DNA of 64,000 nucleotides from the human T2T-CHM13v2.0 reference genome, Homo sapiens, in NCBI RefSeq assembly GCF_009914755.1, contig NC_060943.1; one strand, given 5' to 3'. The notes below the pieces were generated by a model. The model had not been told where the DNA came from. It searched no databases and saw only the letters and a program-made list of their open reading frames with translations. Both the position numbers and the translations under genes were made by a program. Below, in pieces: positions 26,121-39,036 of the stretch (position 1 is its first letter; every line of letters starts with the position of its first letter).

Positions 26121-26861
26121 TAGAGGTTGGCTATAAAGCACTTTCCCCAGCAATCATTTCTGGGTGGCCAAAATCATGATGTTGTTTTACAACTTCCTTT
26201 CCCTGGCCTGAATTCTTGAATTTCTCTCTAATAAGCTTGGATTATATTTTAGAGAAGATAATAATGTTATTTTTACCTTGATATGATATTACTTGTCTTC
26301 TGTACTCAGGTGCCCTTCAAACCCAGGGGAAGGCTCCACCTGGATGTCCTAGGAGCTCTGATCCACATGGAACTTGCCTGCCAGGGCACCTTGCTCTGGA
26401 ACTTTACAGCCTTACCAACTAACACTTGTGTATTAATTACACCTTTTTATTTTTTGTCTTGGATCTTGGCAGATCCTAGAGAGCCTACTCCTCCTAGGGC
26501 TAGCCAATGGCTGGAGATAGTAAATGAGCATCCCTTTCACATGAAAACCACCAAATGCAGAACCCACATCCCCCAGGCCCCCTTTATCAGGCTTGCAAGG
26601 GCCCATATACTTTGGGCCACTATTCCCTTTCCCTGATCATCCCAGGGCCAGGCGCCTGTAGCCCAGGGGCCTCTGAAAGTACTAGAACGAGCCAATCCTG
26701 AGCCCCAAGTCTGCTTACCCCGCCCTGCCTTGCCTTTTCCATGGGAACCACAGTAAAGGCTCTGGTCTCTGTTTCTCCCTTGCTCTCCCTGCCTCCTGAC
26801 CGACTTTGGTGCCTCCCCAGGAGGCCCTGCATGGCATGCCTCCCACTTTGGGAACTGCGAG

Positions 26862-28190
26862 TGAAACCGCCTTTACAAAATCTGACAGTAAGAGGCTCCA
26901 TCTTGCTTCTACCCTCCAAACTATCCTTGGTCATTCCTGGGCATAGGCCAAGTTAATTTTGGGAGGAATTATACTTTCTAGTTTAAAGCAAGAATGATAA
27001 TAGCTCTTCCCCAAACTAAACCACCTTTCTAAAACTAATGAAAATCCACAAGATTAGGATGATGAGAGGGACCTGAATTCTGCTAAGATATAGGCATTGC
27101 TAAATGATAACCAGCCATTGCTCCAGAAGTCACAAGACTTGTAACTTCCCCAATTACTCCTGCAGGTAACATCACTATTGTAGAACCTGTGCCTGGCCTT
27201 TGGAGATGTCTTTTCAGACTGTAAAAAGTGAAGTAGAGGTTCCTCTTCAAAGAGACTCTCCTCCCCATCTGATGAAGAACAAGTAGTAACTTCTCTTAGA
27301 AGCGAAATTTATACAAGACCTGTGCTAACATTCTTAAATATCTACCAGCCATAATAAAGAAATCAATATACTTTGTGCTCTTAGCTCCCACAATTTAGCC
27401 TAAATATTTGCCCTGGCATGCTTATACTGCTCCAAGCAAGCATTATGTCATGGCCTGTTCCTCTTCCTTATTTGGAGGTATTTTTACCTTTCTCAGCATT
27501 CCACAAGTTACTTCCTCCTTCCTTTGTTCTCCTCTGCCTTTGCCTCTTTTGAAAAGTTCTAAGTTGCTAGCCAATTGGGACAAATACAAAATGTGAGGTC
27601 CCATTCCAAGCAATGGAAACCAGACACAGCAGTAAGGTGGACATGTTAGGTTATAAATGACCCTGTCTCCTTTGTTTGGTGTATTCTCATGGCAAAACTG
27701 CTGGGGAGTGTACCCTTTCTGCAGAAAGTAAAACTGGCCTTGCTGAGATAATGAAATTTGTGTTCAAGTGCTATTTCTTTGTGGCACCGGAGAACAATCA
27801 TTTGATTTTTAAATAAACATTTTTACATATAACAAGGCTTTTGCATTTCTGAGATCAGATGACTCCACCCGGACCTGGACCTGTGGCTCACGACTCAGCA
27901 GATCCTGTGGCCCCACCCAGAGGCAAATGCAGCACATGCGGACCATTTTCCATACTCCTATGATTTCATTCTTAACCAATCAACAGTCCCCATTCCTGGC
28001 CCCTGCCCACCGAACTGTCCTTGAAAAACCTTAACCCCCAAGAGCCTTGGGGAGAATGATTTGAATGATAACTCCATCTTCTGCTTGGCTGGCCTTGTAT
28101 CAGGTAAACTTTTTCTTTACTGCGATGTTGTGGTCTCAGTGAGTTGATTGATCTGTGCAGCAGGCAGGAAGAACTGGTCAGGGAATTACA
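26862..28190 (+). mobile_element. ERV1 solo LTR8 (LTR8B-like), split by LTR10C
   Basis: Starts 'tgaaaccgcctttacaaaat', ends 'gggaattaca'; TSD cgag/ggag. Confidence 0.85.
27220..27834 (+). mobile_element. ERV1 solo LTR10C (HERV-I group)
   Basis: Starts 'tgtaaaaagtgaagtagaggttcctcttcaaaga', ends 'aataaacatttttacatataaca'; TSD agac/aggc. Confidence 0.88.
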
Positions 28191-28344
28191 GGAGTAACGA
28201 ATTACCATTTTAATGGCAATCCTCTTCTGATCCATTGACTTCACCTTATTTAAATAATAATAATAAAACTCACATTTTAAAACAACGTTCATCTATTAGG
28301 TGCCACACACCCCACAGGGTGCTCAGACAGACCCTGTAAAGCCA

Positions 28345-28524
28345 CCAGATTTTCCTTTCAGAAGCCCTTCTCTTGCACCAGGAAGAGAGCTGTTCCCCTT
28401 TCTCTTTCTTTTGCCTGTTAAGCCTCTGCTCCTAAACTCACTCCTCATGTGTGTCTGTGTCCTTAATCTCCTTGGCGTGAGACGATGAACCCTGGGTATT
28501 TACCCCAGACAACGACACCACTTA
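28345..28524 (+). mobile_element. ERV1 (MER4-group, MER51-like) LTR 3' fragment
   Basis: 'gagagctgttcccc...ttggcgtgagacgatgaaccctgggtatttaccccagacaacga'. Confidence 0.65.
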
Positions 28525-28916
28525 AATGTATTTTTGTAACTGGTACAACGTTGAGCAAACAGTAGGCACTTAACCAAGGCACACTGGTTATTTGATAAAG
28601 CAGACTAATCAGGCCACACAAAAGCCACAGTCACTATATAATATATTGCTGGAGGGGCCTCTGATAGCTTCTAGATCAGGATTTATACAGTGCCTCTTCC
28701 ATTAGATGTTATGAGGGTCTATCTTAGGCTGGGTTCCCCTAGAAGCAAACCTGAAACAAGGGTTTGCATGCCACGTGGCTGATTTGGGAGGCAATTCCAG
28801 AAAGCACAGAAAGGAAGTGGGAAAGTGAAATAGAGAAGAGAAGACAGCCCACACCAGGAATGTTGGTGAACAACTGGGGCTTAGTCCCCTGGGGACCTCT
28901 GAAGGGCAGTGTAGGG

Positions 28917-29055
28917 CAGTGATCCTCATACATTGGCACATGAAGGAATCCCCTGAGGGGTTGTTAGAGTCTGTGTCCCACCCCAGAGTCCCCGATTCAG
29001 TGGTCCCAGGTGACATGGCTACTGCTGGGCCCAAGACCACACTTGGAGAACCACA
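28917..29055. mobile_element. MER5-like hAT-Charlie MITE
   Basis: 'cagtgatcctca...cccaggtgac...gaccacacttggagaaccac'. Confidence 0.7.
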
Positions 29056-29107
29056 GGCTCACACTGTACATGACAGTTGCCTCTACCCATCCCCAAGGAA
29101 GAAGAAG

Positions 29108-29398
29108 TTTTTTTAACTTTTATTTAAGGTTGAGGGTTACATGTGCCCCTCAGGTACATGTTTGTCATATAGGTTTGTTACATATGTAAACTTGTGTCAT
29201 GGGGGGTTGTTGTATGATGTATTTCATCACCCAGGTATTACCCTAGTACCCCGATCCTCTCCCTCTTCCCACCCTCCATCCTTCATTAGGCCCCAGTGTG
29301 TGTCATTCTGCTCTATGTGCCCATGTGTTCTCATCATTTAGCTATCACTTATAAATTAGAACATGTGGTATTTGGATTTCTGTTCCTGGATTAGTTTG
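29108..29398 (-). mobile_element. L1PA (L1PA11-13-like) 3' end
   Basis: 'ggtttgttacatatgtaaacttgtgtcatggggg...tttcatcacccaggtatta...catgtgttctcatcatttagc'. Confidence 0.9.
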
Positions 29399-29918
29399 AA
29401 GCTTGGGTATCTACCATCCAAGTAACTTTCATTGCTGGTGGAGGGCAGCCCTCAGGGGCAGTGGCTCTCTAGCACTGGTGGCCTGTATCTGTATGGGGGG
29501 AGAGAAAGTCCTTGTGCAGAGAAGCTGGCACTTGCAGTAAGGCACCATGAGCTCGCCTGGGGAGAGTCAGCATGGAGCCATGTGGGAACCCCGGCAGTGT
29601 CTGTTACAGCACCCTGCCTGTGATGGTTAATCTTATGTCAACTTGACTCGGCTACAGGATTCCCAGTTAGCTAGGAAAACATTATTTCTGGCTGTGTCTA
29701 TAAGGGTGTTCCCAGAAAAGGTCAGCATTTAAATCAAGCAACTGAGTAAAGACTGTCTTCACCCACGTAAGCAAGTATTACCCAACCCATTCAGCACCAG
29801 AAGGGGATTAAAAAAAAATGAAGAGGGGGGATTTGCTTTCTCTTCTTAAGATGGGATATCCACCTGCTCCTGCTCTTGGACACTGGAGCTCCTGAGTCTC
29901 GGGCCTTTGATTAGAACT

Positions 29919-30296
29919 TGTATTAGTTTGTTCTCACACTGCTGTAAAGAACTACCTGAGACTGGGTAATTTATAAAGAAAAGAGGTTTAACTGACTCAC
30001 AGTTCCATGGATATACAGGAAACACGGCTTGGAGGCCACAGGAAACTTATATCATGGTGGAAGGCAAAGGGGAAGCAAGCTCATCTTACCATGGCAGAGC
30101 AAGAGAGAGTGCAAAGGATGCTACACACCTTCAGACAACCAGATCCCATGAGAACTCACTCCCCATCACAAGAACAGCAAGGCAAGGGGGGAATATGCTC
30201 CCATGATCCAATCACCTCTCACCAGGTCCCTCCTCCAACATGGAGAATTACAATTCAACATGAGATCTGGGTGGGACACAGAGCCAAACCATATCA
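29919..30296 (-). mobile_element. THE1D/MSTA-type MaLR solo LTR
   Basis: 'tgtattagtttgttctcacactgct...caaaccatatca'; perfect 5-bp TSD GAACT. Confidence 0.92.
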
Positions 30297-30407
30297 GAAC
30301 TACACCCTAGTTTTCCTGGGCCTCCAGCTTGTAGGTGGCAGACTGTGAGGGCTCCCTAGGCTCCACAGTCATGTGAACCAGTCCCCCATGTTAAATATCT
30401 CTCTCAC

Positions 30408-30851
<444 letters not shown>

Positions 30852-30954
30852 CTACAGAACTCTAATACTCTACCCTAAAACAAAACTTCTGTAGTCCAAG
30901 AAGCCCCCATTCTAATCAGAACACACAAAAGCCACAGTCACTAAATAATATAAT

Positions 30955-31100
30955 ATGTAATATCCCTTTCTGGAAAGTCACAGTATTCACTCACATAGTA
31001 AGTGTTCTCAGAAGTTCTGAAATGAGGAGATACCTTGAACTCAATATTTCCCACATTTATTTGACCCTCTTTTGGGAGAAGGCAGTTTGGAAATTGTTGT
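30955..31100. mobile_element. MER103-like hAT-Charlie fragment
   Basis: 'tatccctttctggaaagtcaca...ctcagaagttctg...tttcccacatttatttgacc'. Confidence 0.6.
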
Positions 31101-31106
31101 TCTAGA

Positions 31107-31315
31107 TTGGGGTTTGGCAGATGAGTCCTGTAGGCTGAATGTGACCTGCAGCCTCTCTGTGTGTGTAAACTGTGGTTGGAATGCAGCCATGCCCATTTGT
31201 TCCTATGCTACCTATAGCTGCTTTCAGCTGCAACAACAGAGCTGAACACTTGTAATAGAGAATGTGTGGCCACAAAGCCCAGAACATTTACAATCTGGCC
31301 CTTGGCAGAATAGTT
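31107..31315. mobile_element. MER58 hAT-Charlie MITE
   Basis: 'cagccatgcccatttgtt', 'cacaaagcccagaacatttacaatctggccctt'; flanked by ttctaga. Confidence 0.82.
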
Positions 31316-31764
31316 CTAGACTAACAGACAGTGAGACTGTGACCCAAAGAGGGAAGGCATTTTCCCCAAGGTCACTGAGGAGATAGTGGTAAAGTTGGGA
31401 CAAGAGTGCCTGGTTCCTGATCCTCCCCTTTTCCTGAAGACCCTTCCACCACTCTCAGCTCTGCCTCACAGTTCCTCTCCTTTATCTCTTGGTCTCTATC
31501 CTTGGCTCACCAAGGTGAGTGATGATCATTCTCCAGAAAGCAATCCCCGTGCTTCTGTCTAAAGGCTCCCCTGGAGGCCACTGGACCACTCACCCATCAG
31601 GTTTGTGTGAGGAGCCAGGCCTGTTTTAGGAAAGGGGATGATTCAGGAAGCAAGACCTGGATGGCATGCTTCTGTTCTGGGTGCAGGCTAGTGGAGAATG
31701 GGAGACCAAGACTCTCTGTAAAACAAAAAAGAATATCGTTTGTGCTGAATGTTTTGGAGACAAC

Positions 31765-32167
31765 TGTAGCAGGACGAGCCACAGACAACACCCCTCAGAC
31801 ACTGGGTTAAAGAAGGAAGTGGCTTTATTCAGCCAGGAGCATTGGTAGACTTGCTCTCAAGAACCGAGCTCCATTAAGAAAGAGTTCCTGGCCCTTTTAA
31901 GGGCTTACAACTCTAAGGCGTCCACGTGACAGGGTCGTGATAGATTGAGCAAGCAGGTGGTACATGACTAGGTGGGGGTGGTTAGCAAGGCAAGTATTTC
32001 TCCACACCATTGTCTGTGATCTATAGATAGCACAAGCTCTAGGGTGGGGGTTAATGTTTAACCTACAGTCCTGGCCAGAGGCACCGATCAGTCTGTTATT
32101 TTTCAGTTTTTACTTCCTCCTTTTCTTTGGAGACAGGAGACAGTAAGAGAAATGGCCTCTCTCCTCA
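31765..32167 (-). mobile_element. ERV1 solo LTR2C (HERV-E/Harlequin group)
   Basis: Minus strand starts 'tgaggagagaggccatttctcttactgtctcc' and ends 'gctcgtcctgctaca'; TSD caac/caat. Confidence 0.85.
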
Positions 32168-32229
32168 CAATGACACAAGTAAGCCAGAGGCCGGGGAGTC
32201 TGTTGAGGATGGCTGGGAATTGATGGCCA

Positions 32230-32480
32230 TGGGAGCCCTTTGCAAGGAGGGACACGAAGCTAAGATGCAAATCACAGAGCTAAGACACTGTGTGAAAGCC
32301 GAAGGACAAGCATCCAGGCAGGAGGAAGAGCAAGTTAAATGGGTGGAGAGGGAGCACCCTAGCAGGAGAGGAGGGAGGGAGCATTGAGTCAGGGAGGGTT
32401 GTGGCCTGACCATCGAAAGCCTTGCGGGGCATGTTCAGAAATTTGGACTTTCTCCTCAGGAAGATGGGGAGCTGGTGAGT
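32230..32480 (-). mobile_element. L2 fragment
   Basis: 'gcatccaggcaggaggaagagcaag', 'aatttggactttctcctcagg'. Confidence 0.55.
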
Positions 32481-32998
32481 GCAAGAGCAATTCCCAGGAA
32501 ACAGACTAAAATTCTAACACATGTGCAGGCTTCTCCATGGACACCGATGGTCCCAGAGGCCTAGATCATGCAAGAAAAGGCACATGCCTGCCTGGGGATG
32601 CTCCAAGGGACGGGTTAAACATTCACACATCTACACCTTAGATGAGGCAGCATGTGCCGTCCTTAGGATGCCCTACATCCCAGCGTGCCCGGGTCAGTCC
32701 CCACTCGCATATGTTGCCCTGATATTGATTACTCATAACACCCCCTTTCACTCTTAATCGTTTCTTGGTGTGAATGATAAATTATATGGCTACCTAATTA
32801 TACCATTTGCGTCCACCTAATTTAAGCCTCAGCTCATGAGGCCCATTACTATTGGGTCGATGGTTTATTCTACCTTGAAGTATAAATTCCTTGCAATTAA
32901 TAAAAACTGTCACATGTTTATGTCTTATTTCTCCTGCTGCACTGTGTATTCCCAAGGGCAAGACACGTGTGTTTATCAGTTCATTTTGATAAAGAGCA

Positions 32999-33406
32999 TG
33001 TATTAGTCCATTTTGTGTTGTGTTGCTATGAAGGAACACCTGAAACTGGGTAACGTACAAAGAAAAGAGGTTTGTTTGGCCCATGGTTCTGCAGGCTGTA
33101 TAAACATGGTGCCAGCATCTGCTTGGCTTCTGGGGAGGCCTCAGGAAGCTTTTACTCATAGCAGAAGGCAAAGGAGGATCAGGAGTGCCACGTGGTGAGG
33201 AGGGAGCAAGAGAGCGAGGAGGAGGAGGTGCCAGGCTCCTTTCAACAACCAGCGCTCCCATGAACTCATTACCACTGGGAGCACACCCCGCCATCCATGA
33301 GGGACCTGCCCCCATGACCCAGACACCTCCCACCAAGCTCCATCACCAACACTGAGGATCACATTTCAACATGAGATTTGGAGGGACAAACATCTAAATC
33401 ATATCT
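32999..33406 (-). mobile_element. MST (MSTB-like) MaLR solo LTR
   Basis: 'tgtattagtccattttg...cacatttcaacatgagatttggagggacaaacatc'; TSD gagca/gagct. Confidence 0.9.
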
Positions 33407-33429
33407 GAGCTTTCCCACATCTAACATGA

Positions 33430-33650
33430 AAGTAATACGCAGGCTTAGGCACATTACTGCTCATAAATGAGGTCATTTTGTCTTCACAACAAAATTATTG
33501 GAGTATGGAGAGTCATTTCCCATTTATGAACTGGAGAGGTAAAGTGAGTCGCCAAGGTCTCACAGCCATTAGCTGTCAGAATCAGAACTTAAACCTGGGT
33601 GTGACAGGCTCCATCCCTAGGCATCTTTCTAAGCCACCACCCTGCCACTG
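33430..33650 (-). mobile_element. MIR SINE
   Basis: 'gagaggtaaagtgagtcgccaaggtctcacagcc'. Confidence 0.7.
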
Positions 33651-35023
33651 AAGGCTTGGCTGACCTCTCTCCCAGGGCAGCTCCTGACTGCCTAATAAGA
33701 CAGAGGAGAATGCACAATAACCTTTCCTGTCTGGGTTTTGCAAATATAAAGCGCCCTGTAACTGCTGAATAACAGCCGTCAGCCTTGGCGGGTGATCAGG
33801 ACATAGTGAGGACTGTTGACGGTGTTGAGATTTTTATGACTATTTCCTAATGGGTGTCAGGTCAGATGTAATTCCCTGTAATGTCAGAGCTTATCAGTCT
33901 CGCTCGAGGCAGTCAGACATGGCCCACACAGCCAGGGTGTTCTTGGCGCAAGTTCAAACCATCTGAGTCTCTTCTCAGAGGGTTTTCTGAACACTAGCCC
34001 CCAGGGAGGTACACACGGAAGATGCAGGTATCCCTGGGACTAGTTGGTTGAGGGAGCCACAGCTGGGGCCTTCACTAGCAGCCTTCACCTGTAGCCTCAG
34101 GGAGACTTGTAAGGTACTTTGTGCTCTCTCGGGGGCAGAGCCATGGTGCCAGGGGAACCCCAGGGACTGGAGAGTCCTCATGTTCTTTCCCTCCCTCCTG
34201 AGGCAGGCTCAGAGCTGTGGCTGCCAAGACCATTCTCACCCTAGCTCAGCCTACAGCCACCGGAGAGAACTGGGTTTCAATACTGCCAAGTGCCACTTCT
34301 CAGTCCCTCTAGGCCTCAAACTCTACCCCTGTAAGCCTCGGTGACAGGGGCCACCTCACAGGGCTGCTGTGTAGTTGAAATGCCTGGGGGCTTGCACACA
34401 GTAGGTGCTCAGACTAGGGGAGCCATCAGCATCCTCATCATCACATCCTCGCCCTCTTCAGGGGCTGGAGCTCTGAAAGAGCAGAAGGTGGGCATGGAGG
34501 AGGTGACCTCCCCCCATAAGCTGCCTTCTATGTCTCTGTCCTGGGACACCCCAAGGGGCAGGGGAACCCCGAGCTGAGAGGGTGACACACAGAAGGCTAA
34601 GTTGTCTCCTGCAAAATGCTTCCCCGGGCCCAGCTCTTCCCCTGGTTTTCTGCACCCTGCAATGAGTCCACAATTAGGTTAATGAGTAAATTGGATTCGG
34701 AAGCCTGGAAAAATGATATCCTGGACCACCCTGCTCTAAGCAAGAGCTGTTTATCAATGCCAGTGGGGTACACACATCCTCCATTCAATTCTCTGTTCAT
34801 AAGTTTTCATTTTATTTTTTACTTTCAATTACGGAAATTTTCAAACACTCCCCAAAGTAGAGAAAATAATATAATGAATCCTCATTTTTAACAATTACGT
34901 GTTTCTGTCATTCTTCTCTCAGCTGCCCCATACACATACATTTTTAAGGCAAATTCCCAACATCGTGTCATTTCACTCCTAAATACATCCTTGTGGTGCC
35001 CCAGCCATCTTTGGTGCATGGTC

Positions 35024-35090
35024 GGGGAGGCGGGGAGAGGGGTGGGGGAGGTGGGGAGAGGGGTGAGGGAGGCGGGGAGAGGGGTGGGGG
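35024..35090. repeat. G-rich tandem repeat, 3 x 21 bp (G-quadruplex motif)
   Basis: RGGGAGGYGGGGAGAGGGGTG x3. Confidence 0.9.
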
Positions 35091-35610
35091 AATTCCACTT
35101 CAAAGACATGGGTGACCGGTCCTGGAATGGAACCAGAGTCCAGGGCCTCCAGAACTGCTCTTTACAAACATCCCATAATGCACCTGGAGTGCAGGGAGTT
35201 AGGAGTAGATGTGGGAGGAATCTACCTTGGAATCTTATCTTGGAATCTAACGCCAGCATGGAGGACATCACCCAGCCCTGGAAATATCCGGGTGTCTGGA
35301 GATGCATCCACGCCAGGACCCATGAGCAAGGGAGAGAATGCGACCAACTCCTGGGACTCTAGGGCAGCAGTCTTGGGGAAGTGTGGCATCCTCACTGTGA
35401 GAGAGAGAGAGCTGGAGGCAGCCACCAGCTCCCCCTCCCTGCCCTCCTCTGCCAAAGGAAGGCCCTGCTATTTCAACACAAGCGGCTTGCAGGAGGAGCC
35501 TGTTAAGAGGACGGCTGGTCCACTGAAAAAGCGGCAGCAGCTTCAGAAAGGTTAAAATGTGACTCCCCTGCCCCTGACAAAAAAACTGTTTTCAATTCAG
35601 AAAACAAGGT

Positions 35611-35700
35611 GTCTATGGCCATATTACCATGGACGTGCCTGGTGTCATCTGATCTCAGAAGCTAAACAGGCTCTGGATTGATCAATACTTGGATGGAAGA
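35611..35700 (+). pseudogene. 5S rRNA retropseudogene, 3'-truncated (about nt 1-90), tailless
   Basis: 'gtctatggccatattaccatggacgtgcctggtgtcatctgatctcagaagctaaacagg...tacttggatggaaga' aligns to 5S GTCTACGGCCATACCACCCTGAACGCGCCCGATCTCGTCTGATCTCGGAAGCTAAGCAGG...TACTTGGATGGGAGA; TSD agaaaacaaggt/agaaaacaaagt. Confidence 0.93.
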
Positions 35701-36517
35701 AAACAAAGTGTGCCCATTTTACAGATAAGAAAGACAAGCCTCAGAGAAATAAAAAATTTATCAGCCACCGGGTGACAGAGGCGGCTCTAATCCAGTGATT
35801 CCTTCCCTCCTTCCTCATCTTGTCTTCCTGGTTCAAGGTTAGCTCCCAGAGCTCATTCCCGGGAGGAAACAGTTCTGGGTGTTTGGTTTGGGTTTCATAA
35901 AACGCTGTGCTGGAACACTGAGTCGGTACTTCTCCCAAGTTTCCAGTTCGGAGACACGAGGAGAATGCTAAAAGCTCGAATATGCAAATGAACATTTGGA
36001 CAGATTTCCTCTAGAGTTTCGGCCTCCAGGCAAATGATTTATTCCCTGCAGAAATGCATTTTTGTTTCTGCTTAACGGGTGAAAAAGGAGAAAAGATTTT
36101 TCGGGACAACCAAGCTTAGGAATAAAAGTCTCCATGGGAAATGTACTTTTCTGAAAGCAAATGTTGGCTAAACAAGGACAGTGTTGACTAAACACGTGTT
36201 CCCCTCACCCAAAGGAATGGAGTCAGAGAATCCCCCAAGCTCCAAATTGTGGGGGCAGATGGATCTTTTAGAAGTTCACGGTTCGCCTTTCTCCTGCCCA
36301 GCCCCATGCCTTAAGCAAAGTGTGGGATGGTCTCGGGAGGACACCCACAAATGTAAGTAGGAAGGTGGGAAGCAGCCTCTCCTCTAATATAGAAAAACAA
36401 CTGTGACAGACAGAACAAAGCATGTGGTTCAGACACGAGACCCTGAGCTAGCCCTGGGGAGGGAGACAGCAGCTTTGCAGCCGTTATCCTCAGGAAGCCC
36501 TGAGCGCTGAGAGGCAC

Positions 36518-37623
<1,106 letters not shown>

Positions 37624-38524
37624 GGACTAAAATGCAATGAAGATGTTGCTCAGGTATGCTCGGGGAAGACAGGCTGGGAGGGCTGGGGCCACCTTTAAGG
37701 AGAATTCCTAACACACTGGGCGCCCGAACCCCTGATGGGACCTTGTGGTCTTGAATGAAAAGATCAGGCATTAGCTCTGTGTGCCCACTGACTTTTACTA
37801 AACAGGCTGCTGCCCAGCCTAGTTCAACGTGACCCCATCCCCACCCCCTTTCTCTGTGCTCCCCCATCACCCAGCCCACATGGTGGGACCTTCACTCTCA
37901 TGACCAGCTCAGGCCATGCTGTGCACTCCTGATGAAGCCTCTTGAGCTCCTTCTTCAGAGCTGCTGATAATCTGGCATTGAATGGCCAGGCTGGAGGTTG
38001 AATGCTGAATCCTTTTGAATGCTGTGGTAAAGCCTGGCATGTCTCAGCACTGTCTCCTTTTGTGTTCAATCATCTTGACACTGCAGAGGCAGCTGGAGAG
38101 GGATGGGTCTGTGGAGGATGCCCCGCAGAGTGAAGTCGAGATGATGCAGCCACCAGGGCCGGAGGGTGAGTTTCCTAGTCCTTGTGTGTAACTGGGTCAC
38201 TATTTTTAGTTGGAACCTCCAGTCAAAAATGTCAAACAGGGAAAATGAATGTGGGCTTGGCTGAGAAGAAGCCAGAGGTGAAGGTTTTGTTCCATCTCAC
38301 TTAGCAGCTCACTCTGGGACTTGGAAAAGGCCTTTTCTCAGTTCTGGGCCCAGGCTTTCCCACTTGAACAGCTGACATTCTGTGGATCAGAGACCACCAC
38401 TACCGCAGGGAAAAGGGACTTAGCCGTAGGAAGCCAGAGCCTGCTGGAAAGTTCTTGCAGATGTCTGTAATGCTGAGGTTTGCACTCAGCTCTCCCGCTC
38501 TTGCCTGCGAAAGTCAGAAAATGT

Positions 38525-38805
38525 GGCCAGGTGCAGTGGCTTACATCTGTAATCCCAGCATTTTGGGAAGCCAAGATGGGAGAATCACTTGAGCCCAGCA
38601 GTTCAAGACCAGCCTAAGCAACATAGCAAGACCCCATCTCTAGTGCCTGTGGGCCTAGCTACTCGGGAGGCTGAGGCAGGAGGATCGCTTGAGCCCAGGA
38701 GTTCAGAGATTGCAGTGAGTCACGATGACACTACTGCACTCCAGCCTGGGCAACAGAATGAAATTCTGTCTCTAAAATATAAAATGAATAAAAAATTTAA
38801 AAATT
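38525..38805 (+). mobile_element. AluJ lacking the middle A-rich linker
   Basis: 'gagcccagcagttcaagaccagcc', 'ggaggatcgcttgagcccagg'. Confidence 0.9.
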
Positions 38806-39036
38806 CAAGAAGCAGAAAAGGGAAATGTTTAGCAGGGTCACAGGTGCCACAGATTTCAGCATGCTGCGGAGGAGCCCCACCTGCCACCGCCCCATCAGCC
38901 AGGCCCGCCGGCCCATCCCCGCAGCCTCAGGACCCCCAAATCTAGAGATCCCCAGGCCATGGAAGATGCATGGGACTCAGGACTGGAAGAGAGATCAGCA
39001 AGGCAACTTCCTCATCTCCTGGCTAACTGATGGAGC

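Larger units (their letters stand above)
26285..28282 (+). mobile_element. ERVL solo LTR (MER74/MER54 group), split by LTR8B insertion; pieces ~26285-26861 and 28191-28282
   Basis: 'accacagtaaaggctct...ccctgcctcctgaccgac...gggaactgcgag' continues after the insert to 'aataataaaactcacattttaaaaca'. Confidence 0.7.
28720..29612 (-). mobile_element. ERVL LTR16-family LTR interrupted by MER5-like and L1PA inserts
   Basis: 'tcttaggctgggttcccctagaagcaaacctgaaacaagggtttgca...tttgggaggcaattccag' is the antisense LTR16 3' end. Confidence 0.65.

Noticed and set aside
35611-35700. Functional 5S rRNA gene
   Set aside because: Many substitutions including CpG decay, 3' quarter missing, TSD-flanked, not in a 5S repeat unit.
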